From positions 67,504 to 131,503 of the forward strand of contig CASFZJ010000001.1 of NCBI GenBank assembly GCA_949299165.1: a DNA stretch of 64,000 nucleotides. The letters are read 5' to 3'. The stretch is from an uncultured bacterium (lineage in GTDB: Bacteria; Bacillota_I; Bacilli_A; RFN20; CAG-826). The notes beneath the pieces are model-generated. The model was not told the origin of the DNA. It searched no databases and was given only the letters and a program-made list of their open reading frames with translations. Within the stretch, counting starts at the first letter, position 1; each line of letters starts with the position of its first letter. The position numbers and the translations under genes were made by a program. Shown one piece after another: positions 10,729 to 21,099 of the stretch.

Positions 10729-11583
10729 ATGGCAAAGTTTTTCAAGATTATCGGAACACCTTTTATAAAAATCTGGACATGGATTAAAGAAACTGCTTGG
10801 GTACAACCACTTCTTATTGTTGGTATTATTTTTGCAATTATTTTCTCAATTCCATCAATTACATCATGGGTTCAAAGTTGGAACTTCGGTAGTGATACTT
10901 ATACTTTCTTAAAAAATAGACAATTATCTCTTGAAGGTATTACTGGTGAAGACAACAATGGTCAAGCTTATGATTTCTTTGTTAAATTTAACGATGCTCA
11001 AGACTTATGGGCAACAAATAAAGATGAAGCCAGAAATACAATGCGCCAATACACTGGTGATTCAAATAAATTAATCGTTTATTTTGTAAACGAAGATGAA
11101 ACTGGTGAGCAAGCTAATGAAGCAACTAACTATTTAGTTAACGAAAATTGGTCCTCAGTTGGCGAAAATGTAAGTGCATTCCAATATCAATCAATATTTG
11201 CTGATCAAACAATTGAAACCGATGATGACACTTATAGAGACGAGACACCATTTGAAAAATTATTTATCTTACCTGAATATCAAACATTTGTAGAACAAGC
11301 CGCAACTGTTGCTATTACTTCTCCTTATTTCAGAAATAAAGTTAGTAAAGGTGAAGATATTGCATCACTTGAAACAAATGCCGGTAATTTGCCAGATCCA
11401 AATAACTTCTCAACTCAAGTTCCATATTATGTTGTTATTGATTTAACAGATACAAATACAACAGAAAATATTATCACTAATGTATTCTTTGAAATTACTG
11501 GTGCTAATAAATTCGAAAGAGCAAACTTTATTGCTCATGCATGGACAAACACTGAAGAATTCGAAATTACTGCTTCAAACTAA
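10729..11583 (+). CDS. membrane-anchored hypothetical protein
   Basis: 284-aa ORF with RBS GAGG; N-terminal amphipathic segment and TM (WVQPLLIVGIIFAIIFSIP), then an acidic domain. Confidence 0.7.
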   Translation: MAKFFKIIGTPFIKIWTWIKETAWVQPLLIVGIIFAIIFSIPSITSWVQSWNFGSDTYTFLKNRQLSLEGITGEDNNGQAYDFFVKFNDAQDLWATNKDEARNTMRQYTGDSNKLIVYFVNEDETGEQANEATNYLVNENWSSVGENVSAFQYQSIFADQTIETDDDTYRDETPFEKLFILPEYQTFVEQAATVAITSPYFRNKVSKGEDIASLETNAGNLPDPNNFSTQVPYYVVIDLTDTNTTENIITNVFFEITGANKFERANFIAHAWTNTEEFEITASN

Positions 11584-11600
11584 TAAAAAGTCTAACTATT

Positions 11601-11630
11601 AAAAATTCGCTCGATACTGAGCGAATTTTT
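11601..11630. terminator. bidirectional rho-independent terminator
   Basis: AAAAATTCGCTC-GATACT-GAGCGAATTTTT perfect inverted repeat between convergent genes. Confidence 0.85.
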
Positions 11631-12109
11631 TATTGTTTTCTATTCTTTGTATAAGTTTCCAAAACTATTTTAGGCACAAGGGAGGATATATCTACTCCGC
11701 TATTATAAAGTTCATCAATTTGAGAGGAAGAAATAAAAGTTAATTCTTTTCTTGCCATCAAAAACACCATTTCAATTTCTCTATCAATGTATTCATTTGC
11801 AGCAGCATATGCCCATTCATATTCAAAATCGCTAACAACTCTTAAACCACGAATTAAAACTGATGCACCATGTTTTCTTGCATATTCAATAACAAGCCCA
11901 TTAAAAGAATCTACTTCAACATTTTTATAAGGTTTTACTACTTCAACTAACATGTTTAGTCTTTCTTCTTTTGAAAAACGGCATTTCTTTTCAGGGTTAA
12001 TCGCAAGTAAAACAATTACCTTGTCAAAAATTTTACTAGCTCTACGGATTATATCTAAGTGTCCATTGGTTATAGGATCAAAACTCCCTGGATAAACTGC
12101 TATTTTCAT
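11630..12109 (-). CDS. coaD: phosphopantetheine adenylyltransferase
   Basis: YPGSFDPITNGHLDII, RGLR..SDFEYE, ISSS. Confidence 0.97.
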   Translation of the reverse strand: MKIAVYPGSFDPITNGHLDIIRRASKIFDKVIVLLAINPEKKCRFSKEERLNMLVEVVKPYKNVEVDSFNGLVIEYARKHGASVLIRGLRVVSDFEYEWAYAAANEYIDREIEMVFLMARKELTFISSSQIDELYNSGVDISSLVPKIVLETYTKNRKQ

Positions 12110-12651
12110 ACTTTCTCCCTAATAATATTAATTTTGCTTCTACCATATTTTAATATTTTTACCTTATAATTTTCAAGGATTTGAGATGATAGTTCGTAGT
12201 CGGTTTCTGCGATAATAATCGCATTTTCATTAAGTATGTCATATGATTTTATCTCTTCGATAAACGCTTCATTAATTTCTAATTTATAAGGTGGATCAAG
12301 GAAAATAATGTCTATTTTTACATTTTCATTTTTTAATTTATTTAAACATTCTTTATAGTCTAAATTAGTTAATTTTATTTCACTAATTTTTAAATTAATT
12401 AAGTTTTCTTTAATAATCGAAAATGCTTCTTTATTAAAATCATTAATATATACAGGGTTTGCACCACGCGAATAAGCTTCAATTCCAATACTTCCGCTTC
12501 CGCCAAATAAATCTAAAAAAGCATAATTAAAAATATTCCCTAAAGAATTAAACATACCTTCTTTACATACATCTTTAGTTGGACGAGTAATTTCTAAAGG
12601 TGGCTGCTTAAGCACGCGATGTAAATATTTTCCTCCGCGTATTTTAATCAT
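12106..12651 (-). CDS. rsmD: 16S rRNA m2G966 methyltransferase
   Basis: TRPT, DLFGGSGSIGIEAYSRGA, FLDPPY; conserved rsmD-coaD pair; start moved to the ATG at 12651. Confidence 0.93.
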   Translation of the reverse strand: MIKIRGGKYLHRVLKQPPLEITRPTKDVCKEGMFNSLGNIFNYAFLDLFGGSGSIGIEAYSRGANPVYINDFNKEAFSIIKENLINLKISEIKLTNLDYKECLNKLKNENVKIDIIFLDPPYKLEINEAFIEEIKSYDILNENAIIIAETDYELSSQILENYKVKILKYGRSKINIIREKV

Positions 12652-12985
12652 AAATTTCTCCAAAAAGTTCTTTATCGATTTCTTTTAAAAACTCATTTAA
12701 TTTATTTAATTTTTCGTTATATTTTTTAACAAGTTCATGATTTTTTAATTTAAAAATCGCTTCACCCATTTTTCGAGAAGCTAAAAGTGTATTTTCATCA
12801 TTTTTTCCATAATGATTCAAATTATCTTCATATTCTAAAATTGCCATATCTTTTTTATATGACAAAATTTTCACTTCATCTGAATTTTCGAGTTCATCAT
12901 TTACTTTTTTAAACTCCAAATAGATTTCATTATTTTTAATATCAAGCGAAAGTTTATTAATTAACTCAATGGTTTCTAAATTCAT
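12644..12985 (-). CDS. YlbF/YmcA-family protein
   Basis: Helical 113-aa ORF with a YlbF-like N-terminus; position upstream of rsmD-coaD matches Bacillus ylbF-ylbH-coaD. Confidence 0.6.
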   Translation of the reverse strand: MNLETIELINKLSLDIKNNEIYLEFKKVNDELENSDEVKILSYKKDMAILEYEDNLNHYGKNDENTLLASRKMGEAIFKLKNHELVKKYNEKLNKLNEFLKEIDKELFGEIYD

Positions 12986-13046
12986 ATTATTAGTTTATAG
13001 CAAATTCCTTAAATTATTAACAAATTTGTGCTAATATTTCGCATGT

Positions 13047-13598
13047 ATGGAAATATTTAAAATAGTTAAAGACACAAAACCTAGTTTAAGAAAAAGATCA
13101 GAAAATATCGAGTTTCCTCTTGACCCAAAAATTGAAGAAACTCTTATGAACATGCTTGAATATTTAAGACTCAGTCAAGATGAAGAATTCCTAAAAAAGC
13201 ATCATAATGTTCGTAGTGGCGTTGGACTTGCTGCTCCTCAAATCGGCATTAATAAGAATATGCTTGCCATTTCTTTTATTAATGAAAAAGGAAAAAGAGA
13301 AGAATATGCTTTCATTAATCCTCGAATCGTTAGTGAATCAATTAAAGAATGCTATCTTGAAAGCGGAGAAGGTTGTTTAAGTGTTGATAAACCACATGAA
13401 GGTTACGTTTATCGTCACTATAAAGTAACTGTTAAAACTTATGATTTACTCAAGAAAAGTTTAATGACTTATACCTTTAGTGGCTACCCTGCAATCATCG
13501 TTCAACACGAAATTGATCACTTAAAAGGCGTACTTTTCTATAATCATATAAATCATGAAAACCCTTTCATAAAAAAATCAGGCGCAATTGCTATTTAA
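13047..13598 (+). CDS. def: peptide deformylase
   Basis: GVGLAAPQIG, EGCLS, HEIDH. Confidence 0.97.
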   Translation: MEIFKIVKDTKPSLRKRSENIEFPLDPKIEETLMNMLEYLRLSQDEEFLKKHHNVRSGVGLAAPQIGINKNMLAISFINEKGKREEYAFINPRIVSESIKECYLESGEGCLSVDKPHEGYVYRHYKVTVKTYDLLKKSLMTYTFSGYPAIIVQHEIDHLKGVLFYNHINHENPFIKKSGAIAI

Positions 13599-13601
13599 GT
13601 G

Positions 13602-13631
13602 TTTACTTTTAAACTTTCTTTTTATTATAAT
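13602..13631 (+). promoter_or_regulatory. putative sigma-A promoter of rnj
   Basis: TTTACT (13602-13607), 18-bp spacer, TATAAT (13626-13631). Confidence 0.5.
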
Positions 13632-13687
13632 AAAACCGATTTTAAGAGATAGTTTAATTTGTAATTAAAGGAGACACAAAATTTAAG

Positions 13688-15370
13688 ATGGCAAATATTT
13701 TCAATAATCCTGTTAAAATTTATGCACTCGGCGGACTTGGTGAAGTTGGAAAAAACACCTATTGTATTGAAAGCGTAAATGACTTAATTATTCTTGATGC
13801 TGGCGTTAAATTCCCAGAAGATGATCTTGTTGGCGTTGATTATGTTATTCCTAATTATCAACACTTAAAAGACAACCAAACAAAGGTTAGAGCATTATTT
13901 ATTACTCATGGGCACGAAGACCACATTGGTGGCATTCCATTTTTAGTAAAAATGGTTAAAATTCCGGTAATTTATGCTCCAAAACTTGCTTGCGCATTAA
14001 TTAAACAAAAATTAGAAGATCAAAAGATTAAAGAAAAAGTAAAACTTGTTGAATACGACCAAGATTCAGTAATTACTGCTGGTTGTTTTAAAGTTTCCTT
14101 TATTAGAGTTACTCATTCAATTCCAGATAGTTTTGGAATTTGTGTTGATACTCCTGAAGGTAGAATTGTTAATACTGGCGACTTTAAACTTGACCTCACA
14201 CCTGTTGGACCTGATTTTGAATTGCACAAAATGTCAAAAATCGGACAAGAAGGTGTTGATTTATTACTTGCCGATTCAACAAACGCTGAAAAAGAAGGTT
14301 GGACTCCATCCGAAAAAAATGTTTTAGATTCTATCAATGAAATTTTTGATAAAGCTCCTGGCAGATTAATTATCTCTACTTTCTCTAGTAATATTTCTAG
14401 AATTCAACAAATTGTTGATTGTACGATAAAACACAACCGTAAAATCGTTATTGTTGGTCGAAGTATGATTAACACAGTCGATATTGCTTTACGTTTTGGC
14501 TACATCAAAATTCCTAGCGGAATGATAAGAGATGTCGATACAATGCGCGATTTAAAAGAAAGCGAAACAGTTATTCTTTGCACAGGTAGCCAAGGCGAAC
14601 CAATGGCTGCTTTAAGTAGAATTGCAAATGGCACATTTAAAGGTTTAAGAATCACTCCTGGGGATACTGTTGTCTTTTCATCTAGCCCAATTCCAGGAAA
14701 TGGCGCTTCGATTTCAAAAATTGTTAACCAACTTACAAGAGAAGGTGCAAACGTTATAACTAATTCAGTTTTCGTGGATCTACACTCTTCAGGTCACCCA
14801 TCGTGTCAAGAATTAAGAATGAATCTTAAGCTTTATAATCCTAAATATTTTATGCCAGCGCACGGTGAATATCACATGCTTAAACTCCATGGAGATATCG
14901 CTAAATCAATCGGAATCCCTGCAGATCATATATTTATTTTAGGAAATGGTGATACATTACTTTTAAAAGATCACCAAATTATTGATGGAGATAGAGTTAC
15001 GGCTGAAGACGTATTTATCGACGGATACGATATTAATGGCGTCTCTACCGCTGTTATTAGAGATAGAAAAATCTTACAAGATGATGGCATGGTTAGCGTT
15101 ATGCTTGTAATTGATTCAAAGCAAACTTGCTTAATGTGCGATCCAAAAATTATCACAGTTGGTTTTGTTAGTTATGGAAAATATGAGGACCATTTAACCC
15201 GCCACGCTTCCATATATTTAAAAGAGGCTTTAAACGAATTGTTTGGTTCTAAAAAAGTTACTTTTAACGACATCAAAAACACAGTTAGAAGCGTTGTTTC
15301 AAAATATTTCTTTAGAAAAACCCAAAGAAATCCAATGATTATTCCATTAGTCATGAACAAAATTTCTTAA
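13688..15370 (+). CDS. rnj: ribonuclease J
   Basis: ALGGLGEVGKN, THGHEDHIGG, VTHSIPD, TGDFK, TGSQGEP, HSSGH, PAHGE. Confidence 0.97.
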   Translation: MANIFNNPVKIYALGGLGEVGKNTYCIESVNDLIILDAGVKFPEDDLVGVDYVIPNYQHLKDNQTKVRALFITHGHEDHIGGIPFLVKMVKIPVIYAPKLACALIKQKLEDQKIKEKVKLVEYDQDSVITAGCFKVSFIRVTHSIPDSFGICVDTPEGRIVNTGDFKLDLTPVGPDFELHKMSKIGQEGVDLLLADSTNAEKEGWTPSEKNVLDSINEIFDKAPGRLIISTFSSNISRIQQIVDCTIKHNRKIVIVGRSMINTVDIALRFGYIKIPSGMIRDVDTMRDLKESETVILCTGSQGEPMAALSRIANGTFKGLRITPGDTVVFSSSPIPGNGASISKIVNQLTREGANVITNSVFVDLHSSGHPSCQELRMNLKLYNPKYFMPAHGEYHMLKLHGDIAKSIGIPADHIFILGNGDTLLLKDHQIIDGDRVTAEDVFIDGYDINGVSTAVIRDRKILQDDGMVSVMLVIDSKQTCLMCDPKIITVGFVSYGKYEDHLTRHASIYLKEALNELFGSKKVTFNDIKNTVRSVVSKYFFRKTQRNPMIIPLVMNKIS

Positions 15371-15371
15371 T

Positions 15372-15938
15372 ATGATTATACTTGGATCTTCATCTCCTAG
15401 AAGAATAGAACTTCTAAAAACTTTAACTGACGGCTTTAAAATTTTAAAGCCTGACTTTGATGAATCAACAATCACTGCTCCTAGCGAAATTTATTCACTT
15501 GAAGAAGCAAAATGTAAGTACAATTCTCTCAAAAACCTTGCAAATCCCAAGGATTTTGTAATAACTTGCGATACTTCAGTTATTTTAGGCAATAATATTT
15601 TTGGTAAGCCTAAAGATGAAAAAGATGCTTTTAATATACTTAAAAAATTAAGTAATAAAACTCATAAAGTCATAACAGGATATGTAATTGCATCAAGCGC
15701 TAACAATGTTTATATTGCAAAAAATGTAGTTAGTGAAGTCACTTTTAATGATTTAACTGATGAACAAATTCTAAACTACATTAAAAACGAAAATGTTTAT
15801 GATAAAGCCGGCAGCTACGCTATCCAAGATGATGAAAATTATCAATTAATTAAAAAAATAAAAGGAAGCTACTATAACATTATGGGCTTCCCTTTAGAAG
15901 AAATAAAATCCGATTTAATTGCTCTTAAACTTATCTAA
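15372..15938 (+). CDS. maf: Maf nucleotide pyrophosphatase
   Basis: ILGSSSPRRIELL, CDT, GKP, DKAGSYAIQ, NIMGFP. Confidence 0.93.
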   Translation: MIILGSSSPRRIELLKTLTDGFKILKPDFDESTITAPSEIYSLEEAKCKYNSLKNLANPKDFVITCDTSVILGNNIFGKPKDEKDAFNILKKLSNKTHKVITGYVIASSANNVYIAKNVVSEVTFNDLTDEQILNYIKNENVYDKAGSYAIQDDENYQLIKKIKGSYYNIMGFPLEEIKSDLIALKLI

Positions 15939-16316
15939 TATTTTTGCAAGTGGCTCTAAATTTTCGCCAACTAATATAATTTTATCGCTCATTTCTAAAA
16001 AACGATCAACATAGAACTTTTTAAGTTCTTCTTTATTTATTTTTTCTTTGTCTTTCAATACGACAGATAAACGAGCTTGGCCTCTTAAATCATAACTTAT
16101 GATATTATCAGTCCCACCTAAAGCTTCAATAAATTTATCATCACTATGCTCAAAAACAAGTTCCTTTTCTTTTGTGATGGTTGTTTTTTTGTTTTTTGAT
16201 TTTAAGACAAAATAGTAAATTCCGATAAAAATAGCCAAAAGAATCGCTACTCCAAAAACAGATAAAACAATAATTCCAGTTGTATCTAATGCTAAAACTT
16301 TATTAACTTCTATCAT
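15915..16316 (-). CDS. membrane-anchored PTS EIIB-like domain protein lacking the catalytic Cys
   Basis: N-terminal TM; FIEALGGTDNI..YDLRGQARL.VVLKD matches the EIIB (Glc class) pattern ALGG.eNI...CxTRL without the Cys; start moved to the ATG at 16316. Confidence 0.6.
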   Translation of the reverse strand: MIEVNKVLALDTTGIIVLSVFGVAILLAIFIGIYYFVLKSKNKKTTITKEKELVFEHSDDKFIEALGGTDNIISYDLRGQARLSVVLKDKEKINKEELKKFYVDRFLEMSDKIILVGENLEPLAKILDKFKSN

Positions 16317-17085
16317 AAATAAATGCCTCATGTGTCTTTTTAATATAATTATTTCTTGTATTTTTTAATAGTCTAACTTGTTTGTCACTTAATTTTATAA
16401 CGATATCATCATGATAATCCTTGATTAAATCGCTTTTAGAATCATAAAAAATATAGAATTCTTTATTTTTAATGTTTTCGAGTTTAATAACTTTTTCTTT
16501 TTGAAGAACAAACGGCGATCGAATTGATTCGTAAGTTCTATTTTGAATTGGAGCTTTTTCAACAAATTGAATCATTTCTATTTCGTTATCTACAAGAGCG
16601 CCACCAATTGAACGAGCCATTGCACTACTTCCAATCGAAGTCGAAACTAAACAGCCATCTGCTTTTAATGTTTCAAGATAAGTATCATTAATAAATACAT
16701 CGAAAACTAAAGTATCTCCCTTACTTGCTTCAACCCTAAATTCATTTAAAGCATAACGCGTTTTATCCTCATATTTTGCTTCAAGCAAAGTTATTTTCTT
16801 TTCTTGATGTTTTGCATGAAGTAAATCATGTACAAACTCATTAAGTTCTTCATTTGTATATTCGCATAAATATCCTAAATTTCCGAAGTTGATATTTGCA
16901 AAAAGTGGATCAAGAAGGAAATACTTTTGAATTGCTCTCAAAAATGTTCCGTCTCCTCCAACTGAAACCACAATTTCAGGGTTTATTTCATCGTAAACCA
17001 AGCCTTCTTTTGTTAAAGATTTCTTGATAAACTCGCAAACTTTATCAACATCCTTACCTTCTCTATATGAAATACAAAAACGCAT
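16303..17085 (-). CDS. nadK: NAD kinase
   Basis: VGGDGTFL, GNLGYL, ALNE, ADG..VST.IGSSAM.RSIGG; start moved to the ATG at 17085. Confidence 0.92.
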   Translation of the reverse strand: MRFCISYREGKDVDKVCEFIKKSLTKEGLVYDEINPEIVVSVGGDGTFLRAIQKYFLLDPLFANINFGNLGYLCEYTNEELNEFVHDLLHAKHQEKKITLLEAKYEDKTRYALNEFRVEASKGDTLVFDVFINDTYLETLKADGCLVSTSIGSSAMARSIGGALVDNEIEMIQFVEKAPIQNRTYESIRSPFVLQKEKVIKLENIKNKEFYIFYDSKSDLIKDYHDDIVIKLSDKQVRLLKNTRNNYIKKTHEAFIYDRS

Positions 17086-17146
17086 TTTAATTCCTTTCAA
17101 AACTCGCAGTTTTATTGTATCATAATTGAAAAGGAAGTAGGAAAAA

Positions 17147-17731
17147 ATGGCAACTAATATTGAAATTGAAGCTAAGGTTTTAATTAATAAAGACGAATAC
17201 CTTCGTATCGTTAGAAAATTACAAAAGAATATTTTAAAAGATAAAGTTCAAACAAACTATTATATCGATACAAAGGACTTTTTACTTAAAAAAGCAGGAA
17301 TTGGTCTTAGAGTTAGAGCATTAAATAATGAATATGTTATGACTCTTAAAGTTCCAATGAGCGAAGGATTGCTTGAAAAAAATACAACTTTAAAGGACGA
17401 AGAATTTATCGCTTTAAAAATTAAGGGCGTTATTCCAGAAAACGATACAACAGAATTTGTTAGAATGTTAGGTTTTGAGCCAAATGATATGTCTGTTGTT
17501 GCTAAATTACAAACTCACAGACTTGAAACAAACTATGGTGAAGAAGGCTACGAATTCTCAATCGACGAAAATGAATATAATGGCATTACAGATTATGAAC
17601 TCGAAATGGCTGGTAACTCATTACAAAAAGCAAGAACCCAACTTCAAAAAATCTGTAACGAAAATGGCATTGAGTATGAAGATAATCCAAGAAGCAAACA
17701 AACTCGTGCTATGGAAAGTTTAGCAAAATAA
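17147..17731 (+). CDS. CYTH-domain protein (YjbK-like)
   Basis: EIEAK, QTNYYIDT, LRVR, TLKVP, DYELE. Confidence 0.88.
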   Translation: MATNIEIEAKVLINKDEYLRIVRKLQKNILKDKVQTNYYIDTKDFLLKKAGIGLRVRALNNEYVMTLKVPMSEGLLEKNTTLKDEEFIALKIKGVIPENDTTEFVRMLGFEPNDMSVVAKLQTHRLETNYGEEGYEFSIDENEYNGITDYELEMAGNSLQKARTQLQKICNENGIEYEDNPRSKQTRAMESLAK

Positions 17732-17754
17732 AAAGCGGAACAACCGCTTTTTTT
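17730..17754 (+). terminator. rho-independent terminator
   Basis: AAAAGCGG-AACAA-CCGCTTTT followed by a T run, directly after the stop. Confidence 0.85.
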
Positions 17755-17799
17755 ATTTTCACGAAATTCGCCAAAGTTTTCACGCAAACGAATTTTTAT

Positions 17800-17840
17800 A
17801 AAAATATCCTAGAAATTTTGAATTTTTCTAGGATATTTTT
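17800..17840. terminator. inverted repeat, likely spx terminator
   Basis: 16-bp perfect inverted repeat AAAAATATCCTAGAAA / TTTCTAGGATATTTTT, 9-nt loop, downstream of spx. Confidence 0.75.
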
Positions 17841-17849
17841 ACTCAAGAA

Positions 17850-18308
17850 TTAAGATTTATGGCGCTTTTGACTTTCAATATATTCTAAGAAATCTTTTGC
17901 ATCGCGACAATTTTCGCAATCATCTGGATGTGGGCAAGACCTTGCTGCAATTCTTCTAGCAGCAGGTATAAATGACCTAATTTCTTCTTCATTGTAACCA
18001 ACTTGAATTTTACTTGAATCCACAACAATTGGCCTTTTCAAAATACTAGGATTAAGTTTTATAAACTCAATGAGTTCATTAACTGACATATCATCAATAT
18101 TGACATTGCCGCTTTTAATGATGTTGCTCCTTGTAGAGATTATGTCTTCGGTTCCATTCTCTGTTTTAGAAAGAATATCTTTTAATTCTTCAGGATTTAA
18201 AACACTAGCGAAGATATTCTTCTCTTTATAAGGAATATGTTGCTCATCAAACCACTTTTTAACCTTTTTGCAACTTGAACAACTTGGAGATGTATAAATC
18301 GTAATCAT
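17850..18308 (-). CDS. spx: Spx/MgsR family transcriptional regulator
   Basis: MITIYTSPSCSSCKK, TENGTEDIISTRS, KRPI, VGYNEEEIR; extra Cys-containing C-terminal tail. Confidence 0.92.
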   Translation of the reverse strand: MITIYTSPSCSSCKKVKKWFDEQHIPYKEKNIFASVLNPEELKDILSKTENGTEDIISTRSNIIKSGNVNIDDMSVNELIEFIKLNPSILKRPIVVDSSKIQVGYNEEEIRSFIPAARRIAARSCPHPDDCENCRDAKDFLEYIESQKRHKS

Positions 18309-18413
18309 GCACATATTTTAGCAATTTAATAGCTGTTTTGATAGATTAAAAATGTCAAAAATTATAAGAAAATAGGTATTTATCGCTATAAAACAATTAT
18401 CTATAATAAAGCA

Positions 18414-18692
18414 ATGAAAGAAAAAATTAATATTTTAAACGCAACTAAATTATTAAAGTCTGGATATGTTTTATGTTCATATCATAACAGTACTAGATTT
18501 ATCTTTATTTATGAAAACAACGAAGTAAAAATTCATACAAGTTCTTATAAAGTTTCATTGAATATTAGTGATTTTATTGAACAATTTAAATCCTTCTCTT
18601 TTTATCTAATTGAAGAAAATTCTTCAGATAAAGAAAAAGTCGATGAGAAGAAAGACATCGACTATTACATGAACATTCAAGCTAAACAGTAA
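18414..18692 (+). CDS. hypothetical protein
   Basis: 92-aa ORF filling the gap between spx and the GH3 gene. Confidence 0.6.
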   Translation: MKEKINILNATKLLKSGYVLCSYHNSTRFIFIYENNEVKIHTSSYKVSLNISDFIEQFKSFSFYLIEENSSDKEKVDEKKDIDYYMNIQAKQ

Positions 18693-21095
18693 TTAAAATT
18701 TAACTTTTTTAGCAGCTTTCGCAAATTTAATCAAGAATATTGCTAAATTTATGGCTGGTACTTCACCATTTGCAGCTTTAATAATATATTTAAAGATGCT
18801 TGCTTTTAAAGCGCCCCCGCCAAAAGTACATAATGATCTAAAAGGCATTTCCATTACCGCAGCATATACACCTTTATTATTAATAATTGATTCTTGGTTT
18901 GAAAGCATGTTATAAACTATTCTTCCAGCCCAGGTTGACTTTAATTCTGTAAAGTTTGAATTCATTGAAAATTTTTCACTATGTTTACAATTTTTTAACA
19001 ATTCATCATTATTGTATAAGGCACGATAATCATCAGAACTTAAAAAGCGAATATCACATGAAAAATATTTTTTAAGTTTTTGTTTATCATATCCCTCTAT
19101 TTCATTTTCTTCCTTAATGATAACTTCTTTAGTGAATAAATGTTCATGAGAATTTTTTGAAATATGAACTAAATAAGAACCATTTTGAATATTCCATGCA
19201 TTGAGTTTTGCATCAAAATATTTAAATGCTTCTTTATCTAATTCAAAACTAACTTTTACAGTTTCGTGAGCTTTAATAAACACTTTTTTGAAATCGACTA
19301 ATTCATATTTTGCATTAAAAATCTTGTCATTTGGTTTACTAATATAAACTTGAACAACTTCTTTTCCATCAATATCACTATCATTTGTAACATCGCAAGA
19401 AACTGTTAATTTATAATCGTTCTCTTTCAAAAACTTTGCAGAATCTACATTAAAATTATTATATTTAAAATTTGAATAACTTAAGCCATAGCCGAATGGG
19501 AATAAAACTGGCAAGTTTTTAGTTTCATAATATCTATAGCCAACATAGATTGATTCTTTATAAGCAGCAACTTTATTGCTAGTATTGAAATAAGCAAAAC
19601 AAGGAACAGAATTAAGTTTAATAGGGAAACTTTCAGCTAGTCTACCACTAGGATTTGTTTCACCATATAAAATTGAAGTAATGGCTTCACCAACTCCTTC
19701 TCCACCAAGATAAGCTTCAAGAATTGCTTTTGCTTCATTAACGAATGGAAGTTCAATAGGTGCTCCATTTTGTAGAACAACTACAACATTTTTGTTAACG
19801 GCATAAACTTTATTAAAAAGGTCAATTTGATTAACGAATAAATCTAAATTCTTACGGTCATAATTTTCACTTTCAACATCATTATTAGTTCCTAAGAACA
19901 TAACAACTTTGTCTGATTTTTTTGCAAGTTCAATGGCTTCATTTTGAAGTTCTAAATCAATATCATCATCAATAATGCCAAATCCTTTAGCAAATTTAAC
20001 ATTATATCCATCTTCAACGCATTCTAAAGGTGTAACAAGTTTATAAGGCGTAACATTACTGCTTCCGCCGCCTTTATAGTGAGGGTTTGAAGCATATTCG
20101 CCAATATATGCAACTTTTTCAGTTTTCTTCAAAGGAAGAATGTTATTATCGTTTTTAAGAAGCACCATCGATTCTTTTGCGATTTTCACTGCTTCTTCAT
20201 GACCTTTTTCAATATCAAAATCACAAGGTTTTAAATCTTGATATTTTTTAATGAAATTAAATGTATAATTCAAACTTTCATCAACTTTGGCTCTAAAAGT
20301 TTCATCTTTATCATAAGCATCAGTCAATTCTTTATAATTTTCCTTAGTTGCAACAGGCATAATCTCGTTTAAACCAGCTTTAATAGCATTAACTGGATTA
20401 TTTACAGCGCCCCAATCAGAGATAACTATTCCTTTATAACCCCATTCATCTCTTAAAACTTCCGTTAAAAGATAATTGCTTTCACAAGCATAAGCTCCAT
20501 TAACTTTATTGTAACTTGCCATTACAGTTCCTGGATTGGACTTTTTAATAGCGATTTCAAAAGCTTTCAAATAAATTTCTCTTAATGTACGGGTATCACA
20601 CATCGAATTAATATTCATTCTAAAACTTTCTTGGTTATTTAAAGCATAATGTTTAATTGAAGTTGCAATTCCTTCGTCTTCAACGCCTTTAATATATGCA
20701 GCCGCTAATTCACCTGTTAAATATGGGTCTTCGCTCATATATTCGAAGTTTCTTCCACAGAGTGGAGTTCTTTTAATGTTGATTGCAGGGCCTAAAATAC
20801 AATGAATATTTCTGCTTCTTGCTTCTTTTCCTAAAACAGAACCAAGATGATATAGCAAATCGCGGTCAAAACTTGCTGCGGTTAGACTTGATGTTGGAAA
20901 ACAAATTGAATCGGTTCCTTTACCAAATAATGTTCCGCTTGATAAATCTTCTCTAATTCCATAAGGACCATCAGAAAAATGTACTCTTTTTAAGCCTAAC
21001 TCTTCGTGTGGAAATAAAAACCATGAACTATCTCCTCCAAGTTCTTTGATCTTTTCTTCTTTTGATAATTTTGAAATAATCTCACTATTTTCCAT
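18693..21095 (-). CDS. GH3 beta-glucosidase/xylosidase
   Basis: [34 protein letters not shown], nucleophile SDWG, VESENYDR, Fn3-like C-domain. Confidence 0.94.
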   Translation of the reverse strand: MENSEIISKLSKEEKIKELGGDSSWFLFPHEELGLKRVHFSDGPYGIREDLSSGTLFGKGTDSICFPTSSLTAASFDRDLLYHLGSVLGKEARSRNIHCILGPAINIKRTPLCGRNFEYMSEDPYLTGELAAAYIKGVEDEGIATSIKHYALNNQESFRMNINSMCDTRTLREIYLKAFEIAIKKSNPGTVMASYNKVNGAYACESNYLLTEVLRDEWGYKGIVISDWGAVNNPVNAIKAGLNEIMPVATKENYKELTDAYDKDETFRAKVDESLNYTFNFIKKYQDLKPCDFDIEKGHEEAVKIAKESMVLLKNDNNILPLKKTEKVAYIGEYASNPHYKGGGSSNVTPYKLVTPLECVEDGYNVKFAKGFGIIDDDIDLELQNEAIELAKKSDKVVMFLGTNNDVESENYDRKNLDLFVNQIDLFNKVYAVNKNVVVVLQNGAPIELPFVNEAKAILEAYLGGEGVGEAITSILYGETNPSGRLAESFPIKLNSVPCFAYFNTSNKVAAYKESIYVGYRYYETKNLPVLFPFGYGLSYSNFKYNNFNVDSAKFLKENDYKLTVSCDVTNDSDIDGKEVVQVYISKPNDKIFNAKYELVDFKKVFIKAHETVKVSFELDKEAFKYFDAKLNAWNIQNGSYLVHISKNSHEHLFTKEVIIKEENEIEGYDKQKLKKYFSCDIRFLSSDDYRALYNNDELLKNCKHSEKFSMNSNFTELKSTWAGRIVYNMLSNQESIINNKGVYAAVMEMPFRSLCTFGGGALKASIFKYIIKAANGEVPAINLAIFLIKFAKAAKKVKF

Positions 21096-21099
21096 ATAT

